DNA of 64,000 bases from Alphaproteobacteria bacterium (GCA_965227095.1 CBDDFL010000001.1:3039-67038), one strand, 5' to 3'. Positions 25,927-34,426 are shown, counted from the first letter of the stretch. Notes: generated by a model not told the origin, from the sequence alone. Made by a program: numbers and translations.

Positions 25927-26231
25927 ATCTCGATGTCGCAGCGAGACATATCTTACGATCCTTGGGACGATACCATCCATATCCTACCAGAGGTTGAGAT
26001 TTACATCAATTTCAGGATGCGACGCTGCAGCTTGGCAAATGAATCACTCGCTGTGGTTGTTGGGCGCCGGGTCAATTGAACTCGCACATCGCTGCGCAGA
26101 GCGTGATCTCAGGGGGCTCCTTTCGCGCGGCACTATGGTCTTCTCTCACTTGCTGTTCCTAATGTGACGTGGTCAGTCCCACATTAAGGTGCGCCGAGAG
26201 AGTTGTTGCGGAAAAGGCCCGAAGACGCGTT

Positions 26232-27653
26232 TTACGTCTCATAGAAACGCTTTAGATCGCGTCGCTTGCTCAGTTGTTGCGGTCGGTATGGTTTGACCTC
26301 TCCGAATTGAGCGACCGCGGTCGCCTGCATGCGTTCTTGTACGGATGGGTGGAGAGGGAAATCGTCGCCGACTTCTCGGATTCCTTTTTTCCATGGAATG
26401 CTGACTGGTCCGAACGCCAAGATCGCGTCCTCGCGGTGCTGCAGGCCCAAAGGGTCAGGAGCGCGGTTAAGGTAATTTTCGTTGATTTTGATTGAAGGCA
26501 CACACTCCTTCAACTCATCGACCATCCAGTCTAGGGCGATATCACTGAGACGGGATTCGGCCTCGGGGTAGCTGCCACCGATGTCGCTGTGACAACCGGG
26601 GAACCAGACCTGCTTGAGCCAAGCCGGCTCTCGGTTCTTGGTCTCAATCGCGGCTTTTTTGGACGCCCAACCAACTCGCGGGAAGTCTGCGCGGTCTTCA
26701 TCGATCGCCATGGCGTGGCGGGCGTGGTTTACGTCGGGGTCCAGCCACATGTCGTAGTTGCGCTTGTTCCAAGCGGCGAAATGCCCTGTCTTCAGAATCT
26801 TTGGCCAGTCTGTAGGGCGCAATATCTTCAATTTGCGATCAGGATCATCCGAGAAATACTTGAAATTATCCAGCAGTAGAGAGCCAAGCTGCCACATGAG
26901 CGCGCCGAGTAAGAAGCCGAGAGGGACGACCAGAAGCAATGACCACCCTAGCACAAGCCCGGCGACGAAGGCGGCACCGGTTGCAAACGTAATGCCCCAG
27001 ACCAGAGTGCGCACGACTGCCGTCCGCAATGATGCCACCGTATCGAAAACCCCGATGAAGGTCGGCTGGACGTTGCCTTGGTTGTCATCACCCTCCTGCG
27101 GGGTACTCGAATACTTCTGGCGAAACCTGCGACCAAGCTCTTCGCGGTGCTTGAAGTACGGGTTCTGCCCGCGAGGCTTTCCGGCACCGTGGTTATAGAC
27201 GAACTTCACTGCATCCTTAGCGATCTTGCGCAAACCGGGCCCGTGGCGCGGGACGGGTTCGCCATCGGGCATTTGTGTCGGGATACCGCAAAGGTTCATG
27301 ACATTCGCCAGTGCCCTGACCGTGTACGCCCCGCGCGAGAAGCCGAACAGCAGCACACGGTCACCGGGCTCATAATGGGCGATGATCTGTTCATAGCAAT
27401 CGATGATATTGTGATCGATGCCGGTGCCGACTGCGCTTTCAAGGATAGGTTTGACGCGGCCAAAGAGTCCCCCGCTTTCGCCCGTGCCCAGCCCAGGATC
27501 GTAAAAGGTGACTTGATCCTTTGGGCTAATTGGTGAGTCTGGGCCGGGACGCATGGCGCGATACATCTTGTAGACGTTCGAAAGGCGTTGGTCCGGCCTA
27601 GACCCGCCCATTTGCCCGGTTCCATCGGAAAAAATACAGATATTCTTTGTCAT
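26232..27653 (-). CDS. DUF2235 (T6SS Tle1-like alpha/beta hydrolase) with two inserted transmembrane helices; third gene of the SMODS operon
   Basis: ICIFSDGTGQ N-terminus, GFSRG nucleophile elbow, GVFDTVAS and PGCHSDIGGSY, as in DUF2235/Tle1. A hydrophobic stretch (VVRTLVWGITFATGAAFVAGLVLGWSLLLVVPLGFLLGALMWQLGSLLL) lies between the catalytic Asp and His regions. Starts 3 nt after the SLATT stop. Confidence 0.8.
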   Translation of the reverse strand: MTKNICIFSDGTGQMGGSRPDQRLSNVYKMYRAMRPGPDSPISPKDQVTFYDPGLGTGESGGLFGRVKPILESAVGTGIDHNIIDCYEQIIAHYEPGDRVLLFGFSRGAYTVRALANVMNLCGIPTQMPDGEPVPRHGPGLRKIAKDAVKFVYNHGAGKPRGQNPYFKHREELGRRFRQKYSSTPQEGDDNQGNVQPTFIGVFDTVASLRTAVVRTLVWGITFATGAAFVAGLVLGWSLLLVVPLGFLLGALMWQLGSLLLDNFKYFSDDPDRKLKILRPTDWPKILKTGHFAAWNKRNYDMWLDPDVNHARHAMAIDEDRADFPRVGWASKKAAIETKNREPAWLKQVWFPGCHSDIGGSYPEAESRLSDIALDWMVDELKECVPSIKINENYLNRAPDPLGLQHREDAILAFGPVSIPWKKGIREVGDDFPLHPSVQERMQATAVAQFGEVKPYRPQQLSKRRDLKRFYET

Positions 27654-27656
27654 TAT

Positions 27657-28256
27657 TTACCTTTTGCCTTCAGCTTGATTGACTTCTGTCTGTTTAGGCC
27701 GTCCGCCGGATCGCTTTAGCGAGAGCGGAAGAAAACAGTCTATCTCGTCAGCTGTGAAGGTCATGTCTTCCATCTCCTTCAGCCGTCTTTGGGCCTCCTC
27801 GTAGGCTTTTCCGTCAGTCTGAGGTGCGCCTTCATAGAGGGCTGCAAGTATGGCCTGTAACTCGTCCCGACGCTCAACTGCGGCTTCACGTGACAGTCTC
27901 GGCAGATCGGTTAGCAGTGAGAGGTAGCATTCTCGGACGTTCCAGAGCTTCGCGGCTGCGTCACGATGTTTTTGGGCGATAGCACCGGGGTCGAAGTTCT
28001 TCAGATAGGCCGCCACAAATAGCGTCATAAATGAAATGCCGACAGTCGCGATCTCGACCCATAATTCTTCTCCCACCACGACTCCGATCGCCCCTGCGCT
28101 CGTCAGTGCTGAAAGGGTGATTTGCACAATCTTGTACCAGCGAAGTGTATCGGCAGAGCGATCGGCCATACGTTCGTGGGTTTTGTGGGTATAGACCACC
28201 CGTCCGAAGCATTCACGGACCTGATCCTCGAACGCGATATCGTAATCAGGCGGCAT
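27657..28256 (-). CDS. SLATT-domain 2TM protein
   Basis: RVVYTHKTHERMADR followed by two hydrophobic helices (YKIVQITLSALTSAGAIGVVV, VEIATVGISFMTLFVAAYL) and a helical tail, as in SLATT families. Start chosen at the ATG at 28256, preceded by GAGGA-N8; it overlaps the SMODS stop by 11 nt. Confidence 0.75.
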   Translation of the reverse strand: MPPDYDIAFEDQVRECFGRVVYTHKTHERMADRSADTLRWYKIVQITLSALTSAGAIGVVVGEELWVEIATVGISFMTLFVAAYLKNFDPGAIAQKHRDAAAKLWNVRECYLSLLTDLPRLSREAAVERRDELQAILAALYEGAPQTDGKAYEEAQRRLKEMEDMTFTADEIDCFLPLSLKRSGGRPKQTEVNQAEGKR

Positions 28257-29571
28257 AGTGTTCATCCTCGGCATCCCGGACACGAATCGGAACCCGGACG
28301 GTGTCGCGCGCAACGACCACGCCCCGACTGACCGCGTAGCATTCTACGAGGTGATCACCACGGAAATTAGTGGTCTCTCGGCGCTCACCGCGACCTTCAT
28401 CGCGCAGGATCTGTCCCCGTATCATGTCTCGACGCTCGGCTTCTTCGCCACGGTTCAAGACCTTCCAGAACACCTCGGCATCGTCGGGAAGATCGGTTGC
28501 ATCTGCGATGAAGAATCGAAGGCTCTTCTTCGGCAGCAGGACGCCATGCCGCTCCAAGAGGTCACGGAGCATTCCCGGCCGGAATCCATCCTGCGTCACT
28601 TCGCAGTTGATGCGAAGGTGGTATCGAATATCGACCGGAAATCTGTCTTCGACAAACTGTTCAGTATTTTTGAAGACATGTGCGAATGCCGTGGCCTCTC
28701 CCGCAGCACTTCTTGCGGGCGCTGGGTAGGCGTTTCCGAACACATCCCGCCATTTCTGGCGCTCATTCTTCTGTCCGCTCGCGTCGATGGCTTTCAGACA
28801 TAAATCGTATGCCTTCTTCGCCTTCCGCTCGAACCGCTTCTTGACACGGACGCGTTGGCGACTGCCAAGAGCTGCATACTCGGATTGCTTGGGCTGATCA
28901 GCCAGGAATTCGAAGAAATCTCGGCACATGTAGTCGTAGTAGTGGAAGCTCTTGGTATCGTATTTGTCGGTCGACTCGAGGAAGTTGTAGGCGAGAGTGT
29001 CGATCAGAAGGCCACCCATGGCCACGCCGTGCTTGTTCTTCCAGGCGCGCGCCATCTTGCACAAGCGGCGAAGGTTCCGGTTCTTGCGCTCATTGGCTTC
29101 ACTCATTTCATTGAGTTCAGCCTGTGGCTTGGTAATCTTCCACGACCCACCTTTTGCGGTGTCAGGGTACTTGTAGCTGCCATCAGCCAGCTTGAAGGCC
29201 GGCATCACTTCGATGTGGAAATCGTTGTAAAGCACTCGGACAACCAAACGATCCACCTTGACGGTCGTCGAAGGGTATCGCCGCTTGATCGCAGCCTTGG
29301 CATCGTGAAGAAGCCTATACTGGCCCCCATCCTTGTAGCTATCCCACTTCCCGGCAGGCATGATGTAGATCATGTCCAAGTCGGAAATGCCCTTGATCGC
29401 CGTCCAACGGCCATAGGAGCCAACTTGAAGGCTGTTAGCCGTTTTTGACTCTGTGTCGCGAAACTCCTTGTTAAGGGAAGCAGTGACTTCGCCGTATCGC
29501 AAGGCAATCGTCGCGGCATTGTCGATCTTGATGTTATCGAGAAAGGTCTTGAAGTCTTCCGAGATGCCCAT
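28246..29571 (-). CDS. SMODS-type nucleotidyltransferase (CD-NTase-like) with a C-terminal extension (possible AGS-C-type sensor)
   Basis: FKTFLDNIKI...LQVGSYGRWTAIKGISDLDMIYIM (GS...DxD pol-beta NTase motifs) and DFHIEVMPAF. About 150 extra C-terminal residues (FWKVLNRGEEAERRDMIRGQI). Confidence 0.8.
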   Translation of the reverse strand: MGISEDFKTFLDNIKIDNAATIALRYGEVTASLNKEFRDTESKTANSLQVGSYGRWTAIKGISDLDMIYIMPAGKWDSYKDGGQYRLLHDAKAAIKRRYPSTTVKVDRLVVRVLYNDFHIEVMPAFKLADGSYKYPDTAKGGSWKITKPQAELNEMSEANERKNRNLRRLCKMARAWKNKHGVAMGGLLIDTLAYNFLESTDKYDTKSFHYYDYMCRDFFEFLADQPKQSEYAALGSRQRVRVKKRFERKAKKAYDLCLKAIDASGQKNERQKWRDVFGNAYPAPARSAAGEATAFAHVFKNTEQFVEDRFPVDIRYHLRINCEVTQDGFRPGMLRDLLERHGVLLPKKSLRFFIADATDLPDDAEVFWKVLNRGEEAERRDMIRGQILRDEGRGERRETTNFRGDHLVECYAVSRGVVVARDTVRVPIRVRDAEDEHYAA

Positions 29572-29620
29572 TGAAGCCTCGCGTTTTTACCGGTTCAGCG
29601 CCTCTTAGGCCGATGCGGCG

Positions 29621-29730
29621 GTTTACAAATTTGCCTTCCTTTTGGCGTCATGTTACAATCTAGGGACAATCTGCCGCGCTTTCAAGCGTTGTAGTTTACA
29701 AAATATCAATCATATGGGTGAAATGTAAAC
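29621..29730. promoter_or_regulatory. Divergent promoter/operator region between the SMODS operon and the XRE-ImmA gene
   Basis: GTTTACAAA at 29621 and 29694, TGTAAAC (inverted) at 29724 and GTTACAA at 29652. Plus-strand sigma70-like promoter: TTGCCT, 17 bp, TGtTACAAT (29631-29659). Confidence 0.5.
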
Positions 29731-29749
29731 CACCCACTGGGAGGACGTT

Positions 29750-30811
29750 ATGATTGGCAAGAGACTCAAAGGAGCCCGGGCGGCATCTGGCCTCTCGCTA
29801 CGTGCACTTTCCGATGCCATGGAGAACAAGGTGTCCGCTCAAGCCATAGGCAAGTACGAGCGCAATGAAGACATGCCCGGATCGGGCGTGCTGCTAAGTC
29901 TTGCCCGAGCACTCGGCGTCTCTGTGGATTTCCTGCTCAGCGATGATGAGCTTGAGTTGGAGGGCGTTGAGTTTCGCAAGTCAGCCAGCTCTTCAGCCAA
30001 AGAGATCGCGACGATCGAAGCCAAGACGCTCAATATGGTTGAAAAGTACCTAGCTATCGAAAGCTTGCTGAATCTTTCGAGCCAGGAATGGGATGCCCCG
30101 CACGAAGCACCCTATTGGGTGGCCGATGTTCGTGATGCCGAGGACGCGGCTCGCAACATGCGTGCTTCTTGGCAGTTGGGTCATGACCCGATTCCAATGC
30201 TTGCCGAACTCCTCGAGGAGCACGGGATCAAAGTGCTGTCTTTGGATGTTGATCGGATTGACGGGCTTGCGGCGAAAGTGCGTCGAAAAGAGCATCACTC
30301 CGCCCGTGTTATCATGATCAAGAAGAAGACCTGGTCTGAGCGGAAGCGCTTCAGTTTAGCTCACGAATTGGGCCACATGGTTCTTAAAGTCGCCGAAGGG
30401 TGCGATTCAGAACGCGCCGCAAATCGATTTGCTGGTGCATTCCTCGTTCCGGCAGAAGTGCTACGGCAGGAGATTGGTGCCCGCAGAACGGACATAAGCA
30501 TTGGTGAGCTCATTAGTCTGAAGGATCGGTTTGGCGTCAGCATTCAAGCGCTGACGTATCGATGCAAGGATTTGGAGATTATCAACCAACCAACCTTTGC
30601 GCGCCTGTTCAAGGTCTATAAGCAACGAGGTTGGCGGGATGAGCCGTTCGAGGAGCCAAATTCCATTCCTTGGGAGCGAGAAGAACCGGACCGCTTTCAG
30701 AGGTTGTGTTTTCGTGCCCTCTCCGAGGGGTTGATTGGGTTGTCTCGCGCAGCTGAGCTTCTCGAAATACGAGTAAAAGAACTGGAAGAACGTTTGGACC
30801 ACATGGCATAG
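29750..30811 (+). CDS. XRE-family HTH fused to an ImmA/IrrE (COG2856) zinc metallopeptidase domain
   Basis: N-terminal HTH (LSLRALSDAMENKVSAQAIGKYERNEDMP). HEXXH motif AHELGHMVL. Strong RBS GGGAGGA. Confidence 0.85.
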   Translation: MIGKRLKGARAASGLSLRALSDAMENKVSAQAIGKYERNEDMPGSGVLLSLARALGVSVDFLLSDDELELEGVEFRKSASSSAKEIATIEAKTLNMVEKYLAIESLLNLSSQEWDAPHEAPYWVADVRDAEDAARNMRASWQLGHDPIPMLAELLEEHGIKVLSLDVDRIDGLAAKVRRKEHHSARVIMIKKKTWSERKRFSLAHELGHMVLKVAEGCDSERAANRFAGAFLVPAEVLRQEIGARRTDISIGELISLKDRFGVSIQALTYRCKDLEIINQPTFARLFKVYKQRGWRDEPFEEPNSIPWEREEPDRFQRLCFRALSEGLIGLSRAAELLEIRVKELEERLDHMA

Positions 30812-30818
30812 TGCCCAT

Positions 30819-31304
30819 GTGCAAGTTCTTGTTTCCGATACCTCCGTCCTGATCGACATCGAGAGAGCCTCGCTGACTGCGAGGCTCTTTGACCTCCCCT
30901 ATGATTTTGTTGTTCCAGATATTCTTTATGAAGCGGAACTCCTCGACTGGATGGGCCCTGATCTGATCGATCTGGGACTGAGAGTGGAAGAGCTTACGCC
31001 AGAAGAAACCACACGCGCGACAGAGCTGAAGCGGGCGAAAGCTATGTTATCGACGCCAGATGTCTTTGCATTTTGCCTCGCGGCTGAAAGGGGTTGGGTT
31101 CTCCTTACCGGAGACGGTGCGCTCAGGGTTGAGGCAGAGCGCCAAGAAATCGCGATGCATGGCGTCTTGTGGGTCTTCGATGAGATGGAGCATCACGAGG
31201 TTTGTTCGACCGCCCTCCTCAAGTCGGGTCTCGAAGCGGTTCGTGATCATCCGAGATGCAGACTTCCCATAAGGGAAATCAATCGGCGCCTCGCGCGATA
31301 CTAA
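30819..31304 (+). CDS. PIN-like domain protein (COG2405/DUF3368-like)
   Basis: VLVSDTSVLIDIER...FVVPDILYEAEL and LLTGDGALR follow the PIN-like pattern. GTG start 8 nt after the ImmA-fusion stop. Confidence 0.55.
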   Translation: MQVLVSDTSVLIDIERASLTARLFDLPYDFVVPDILYEAELLDWMGPDLIDLGLRVEELTPEETTRATELKRAKAMLSTPDVFAFCLAAERGWVLLTGDGALRVEAERQEIAMHGVLWVFDEMEHHEVCSTALLKSGLEAVRDHPRCRLPIREINRRLARY

Positions 31305-31896
31305 TATGTTCCCACACTCTGGTGAAAGACAAATGTTGCCAAGTTTTTCTTTGATCTAGCCTCACGGCCTCCCCTGCTCGGCTTCGCGTGTCGCAGGCGA
31401 GAACGGCCCTTCGGTCCGTCGCGCATTCGGCCATTCGGCCTCACCGCGGCGTTGCGCCAGCATCCCGGTTTGCCCGCCTCGCGAGCACTGCGCTCCCCGG
31501 CCGCTCCGCCGGATTGCGCTCTGGTCTGTTTTGCGGGGCAAAACGATCCCGCCGCTCCATCCGTCTGTCCCGCGTCCGGTCACGCCGTTTGCCTGCTCGG
31601 GTCGGGCAAACCTACCGTCAAAACACACACACATGAGCGTGGAAGCATATCCTCCGGATGGCCCCCAAATCAGCCCGCGTCAAGGATCACAAAACTTTTC
31701 GGCGAGGGCGGGGCCTATGGCGCGGGGCGGTCCCGTATGTGAGCGCGCGCATGTATCGGGTGCTGCGCGTGGAAAACTTTTGCGCCCGGCAGGCCGGCGG
31801 CTGCGCCGTCCCTGACCCGGGCAGATTCGGAAACCAGATATTCGGCCATGCCACCACACTCACGTGGTGGTCAGTCAAACATCTGGAGATACCAAA

Positions 31897-32826
31897 ATGG
31901 CTTACGACCAAGCGAACACCTACGAGACCATCGAGCTTTTCGGGCTGACCGAGAAGGACGCCCATCTGCCGATCCCGGAAGATCACATCCTGAAGGACAG
32001 CATCATCCGCGAAACCTTCGAGACCCTGCTCGGGCAATTGCGCGGGACCGGCCTCGAGGCAGAAATCGAACCGCTGGCCCACGGGTTCGCGACGATCCTG
32101 CAACGGCGCAAGGTGACGCTCGGCAAGGAGGTCGATCGCACAGCCGACAAGATCGGCGCGCTGGCAAAATCTCACGACGGATCGGAGATCGCCGAGACGG
32201 CGCTCGAAGAGGCGCAGGCGCGCTTTCTGCAGCTGCGCGAGATCGTAGGCGCCATCGAGGTGATGAGCGAAGCAGCAGCGGAATGCTACGAGATCGAGAC
32301 GGGACATGCCTTCATCCCGGCGGCAGGGTCACGCGCCAGTGGTCGGGCGCAGGAGACCGGGGCCGTCTTCGAGGCCCGGCAGCTTCTGGAGCAGCATGAT
32401 CGCGAGACGGCCGCGAAGTCCAAGGTCGAAGGCGTGCCGCTGATTGTCTCCGGCGCAACCGACTGGACCGATATCGATGTGATCTTCAATACGCTCGACA
32501 AGGTTCGGGAGCGGATCAAACAAAACCGCAATCAGGAGATCTTCCTCTGCCACAAGGGTGGCAAGCACGGGGCCGAGATGATCGCGGCCCGGTGGGCCCG
32601 GGCGCGCGGGGTCGCGCAGGCGCGGTTCGATCCGCGCTGGTCCGCGCATGGGCGGGCGGCACCGTTCAAGTGCAATGACGAGATGCTGGACGACAAGTTT
32701 GCGGCGACGGGGGTTGTTCTCTTCGGCGGCAATGGCGTGGCGCTGAACCTCGGCCAGAAGGCAGAGGCGAAAGGGCTGACGGTCATGCGGGTCGCCGATC
32801 CGGCGAAGAAGACCGCGGAGATTTGA
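31897..32826 (+). CDS. DUF2493 (SLOG-superfamily) domain protein, conjugative-element backbone
   Basis: C-terminal PLIVSGATDWTDIDVIFNTLDKV...IFLCHKGGKHGAEMIAARWARARGV matches DUF2493. Start chosen at MAYDQANTYE after GGAGA. Confidence 0.7.
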   Translation: MAYDQANTYETIELFGLTEKDAHLPIPEDHILKDSIIRETFETLLGQLRGTGLEAEIEPLAHGFATILQRRKVTLGKEVDRTADKIGALAKSHDGSEIAETALEEAQARFLQLREIVGAIEVMSEAAAECYEIETGHAFIPAAGSRASGRAQETGAVFEARQLLEQHDRETAAKSKVEGVPLIVSGATDWTDIDVIFNTLDKVRERIKQNRNQEIFLCHKGGKHGAEMIAARWARARGVAQARFDPRWSAHGRAAPFKCNDEMLDDKFAATGVVLFGGNGVALNLGQKAEAKGLTVMRVADPAKKTAEI

Positions 32827-32833
32827 ATTGAGA

Positions 32834-32865
32834 GGGTCGCGCGTGGCGCGGCCCTTTCATCTTTT
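32834..32865 (+). terminator. Rho-independent terminator after the DUF2493 gene
   Basis: GGGTCGCGC-GTG-GCGCGGCCC stem followed by TTTCATCTTTT. Confidence 0.6.
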
Positions 32866-33062
32866 CTCAGGGGTGGTGTCGCTTTTTTATCGCTCAACGC
32901 TGATCAAGAGACGAGTCAGTGGGGGCCTGGCCTTTGCGTTTCCTGGTGCCCGGTTCTGGCGTGATCTTGAGGTGCGGAGCGCACATCGCTGAAGTCTATT
33001 TTTCGCCTTGCCTAGCAATTTCCTGTTTTGATAGGTATATGTGTGCCAAGCAAAATTAGGAA

Positions 33063-34088
33063 ATGATAGGCATGACCCCTCTTAGCAGTATCGCGATGAG
33101 CGCCTACACCGATCTGGTGCGGCTCCTGAAGGATGACGCGCTATCCGGTGTGGAGGGCAAACCAACGCTCAAAGAGCGCGGCGACAAGGCCTATTGGTAC
33201 GCGGCCCGCCGTGTCGGAACCGAGATGCGCTTCATCTATATCGGCGAAAACAGTGATGAGACGCGCGCGCGCATCGAGCGTATCGAGGAGCTGCGCGCGA
33301 CCGCCAAGGACCGACAGGCTGAGCGGTCCCGGCTGGTCCGACTCTTGCGCGCCGAAGGCATGACGCCGACCGACCGGGCGACCGGCTCGATCCTCTCCGC
33401 AATGGCGGGTGCCGGGACCTTCCGGCTGGGTGGTACGATTGTCGGGACGAATGCGTTCCGGCTCTATGAAGGCGAGCTTGGCATCCGCTTGCCTCTCGGC
33501 GGCATGGCCAACACCGGCGATATCGACATCGCGCAATTCGAGAAGCTCAGCGTCGCCTTGCAGGATCAGGTCGATCCGGGTTTGGCCGAGACCTTTTCGG
33601 CACTGAAGTTCGCGCCCGTGCCCGGGCTCGACAACGGCCGGACATGGCGATGGGCGCAGGGGGGCAGCGGCCAGTTGGTCGAGTTCCTGACGCCTGCCTT
33701 CGGGAATGAGACCATCCGAGATTTGCCCGCTCTCGGCGTGGGCGCGCAGGCGCTCAACTACCTCAACTTCCTGATCGCTGAACCGATCTTTGCCGCAGCC
33801 CTCTATCGATCAGGAGTTCTCGTTCAGGTGCCGCGCCCGGAGCGCTATGCGATCCACAAGCTGATCATCGCCGATCGGCGACGCGACGGGGCCGGCAGCC
33901 TCAAGTCGGCCAAGGACCGGGAACAGGCGGCCTTTCTGATCGAAGCGATGGGCGAGGACCGCCCTGATGATCTGGCCCAGGCTTATGCCACCGCGCTGGA
34001 GGTTGGCCCGCGCTGGCGAGAGCACATCGACAATTCGCTGAAGCGCATGCCGGAGACGAAGTCCATCCTCGAAAGCTTGGGCGCGTGA
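33063..34088 (+). CDS. Nucleotidyltransferase-fold protein (GSU2403-family-like)
   Basis: 341 aa. The N-terminal region (YTDLVRLLKDDAL...KAYWYAARRVG) and central GTNAFRLYEG...GDIDIAQF resemble the family as I recall it. An alternative start is at 33072. Confidence 0.45.
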   Translation: MIGMTPLSSIAMSAYTDLVRLLKDDALSGVEGKPTLKERGDKAYWYAARRVGTEMRFIYIGENSDETRARIERIEELRATAKDRQAERSRLVRLLRAEGMTPTDRATGSILSAMAGAGTFRLGGTIVGTNAFRLYEGELGIRLPLGGMANTGDIDIAQFEKLSVALQDQVDPGLAETFSALKFAPVPGLDNGRTWRWAQGGSGQLVEFLTPAFGNETIRDLPALGVGAQALNYLNFLIAEPIFAAALYRSGVLVQVPRPERYAIHKLIIADRRRDGAGSLKSAKDREQAAFLIEAMGEDRPDDLAQAYATALEVGPRWREHIDNSLKRMPETKSILESLGA

Positions 34089-34426
34089 TCGTCAGGGCGA
34101 CGACTGCTGCAGTCCTTGGTGTCCCAAGCAGACCTCTCATGGAACGCTCGATCTGACCGCCGCCTAACACCGTCCCTTGTTCCCGAGCCCTTGGTCTCGG
34201 ATTGCCGGCCAGCGACCAATCCTTGTTGGATTGATTTGGGGCTCGTGCCAGGCGGTCAGCCCGACGCATTCATGCCGGAAGCTGGAAGTCAAACTTGAGG
34301 CAGATGAACGGCACTTCCTGATCGGCGGCCATCCGGAACATGGCCCCCCTATGTGGCGGTTCGAGGCAACCGGGCACGTCATCTCGACATGCACAAGGCC
34401 AGTAGCGACTGCGTGATGGCAGAGGT

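Noticed and set aside
31362-31815. Several 80-96-aa ORFs on both strands in the GC-rich spacer
   Set aside because: They overlap one another, are Arg/Pro/Ser/Ala-rich, and have no RBS or motif support. The region is treated as non-coding.
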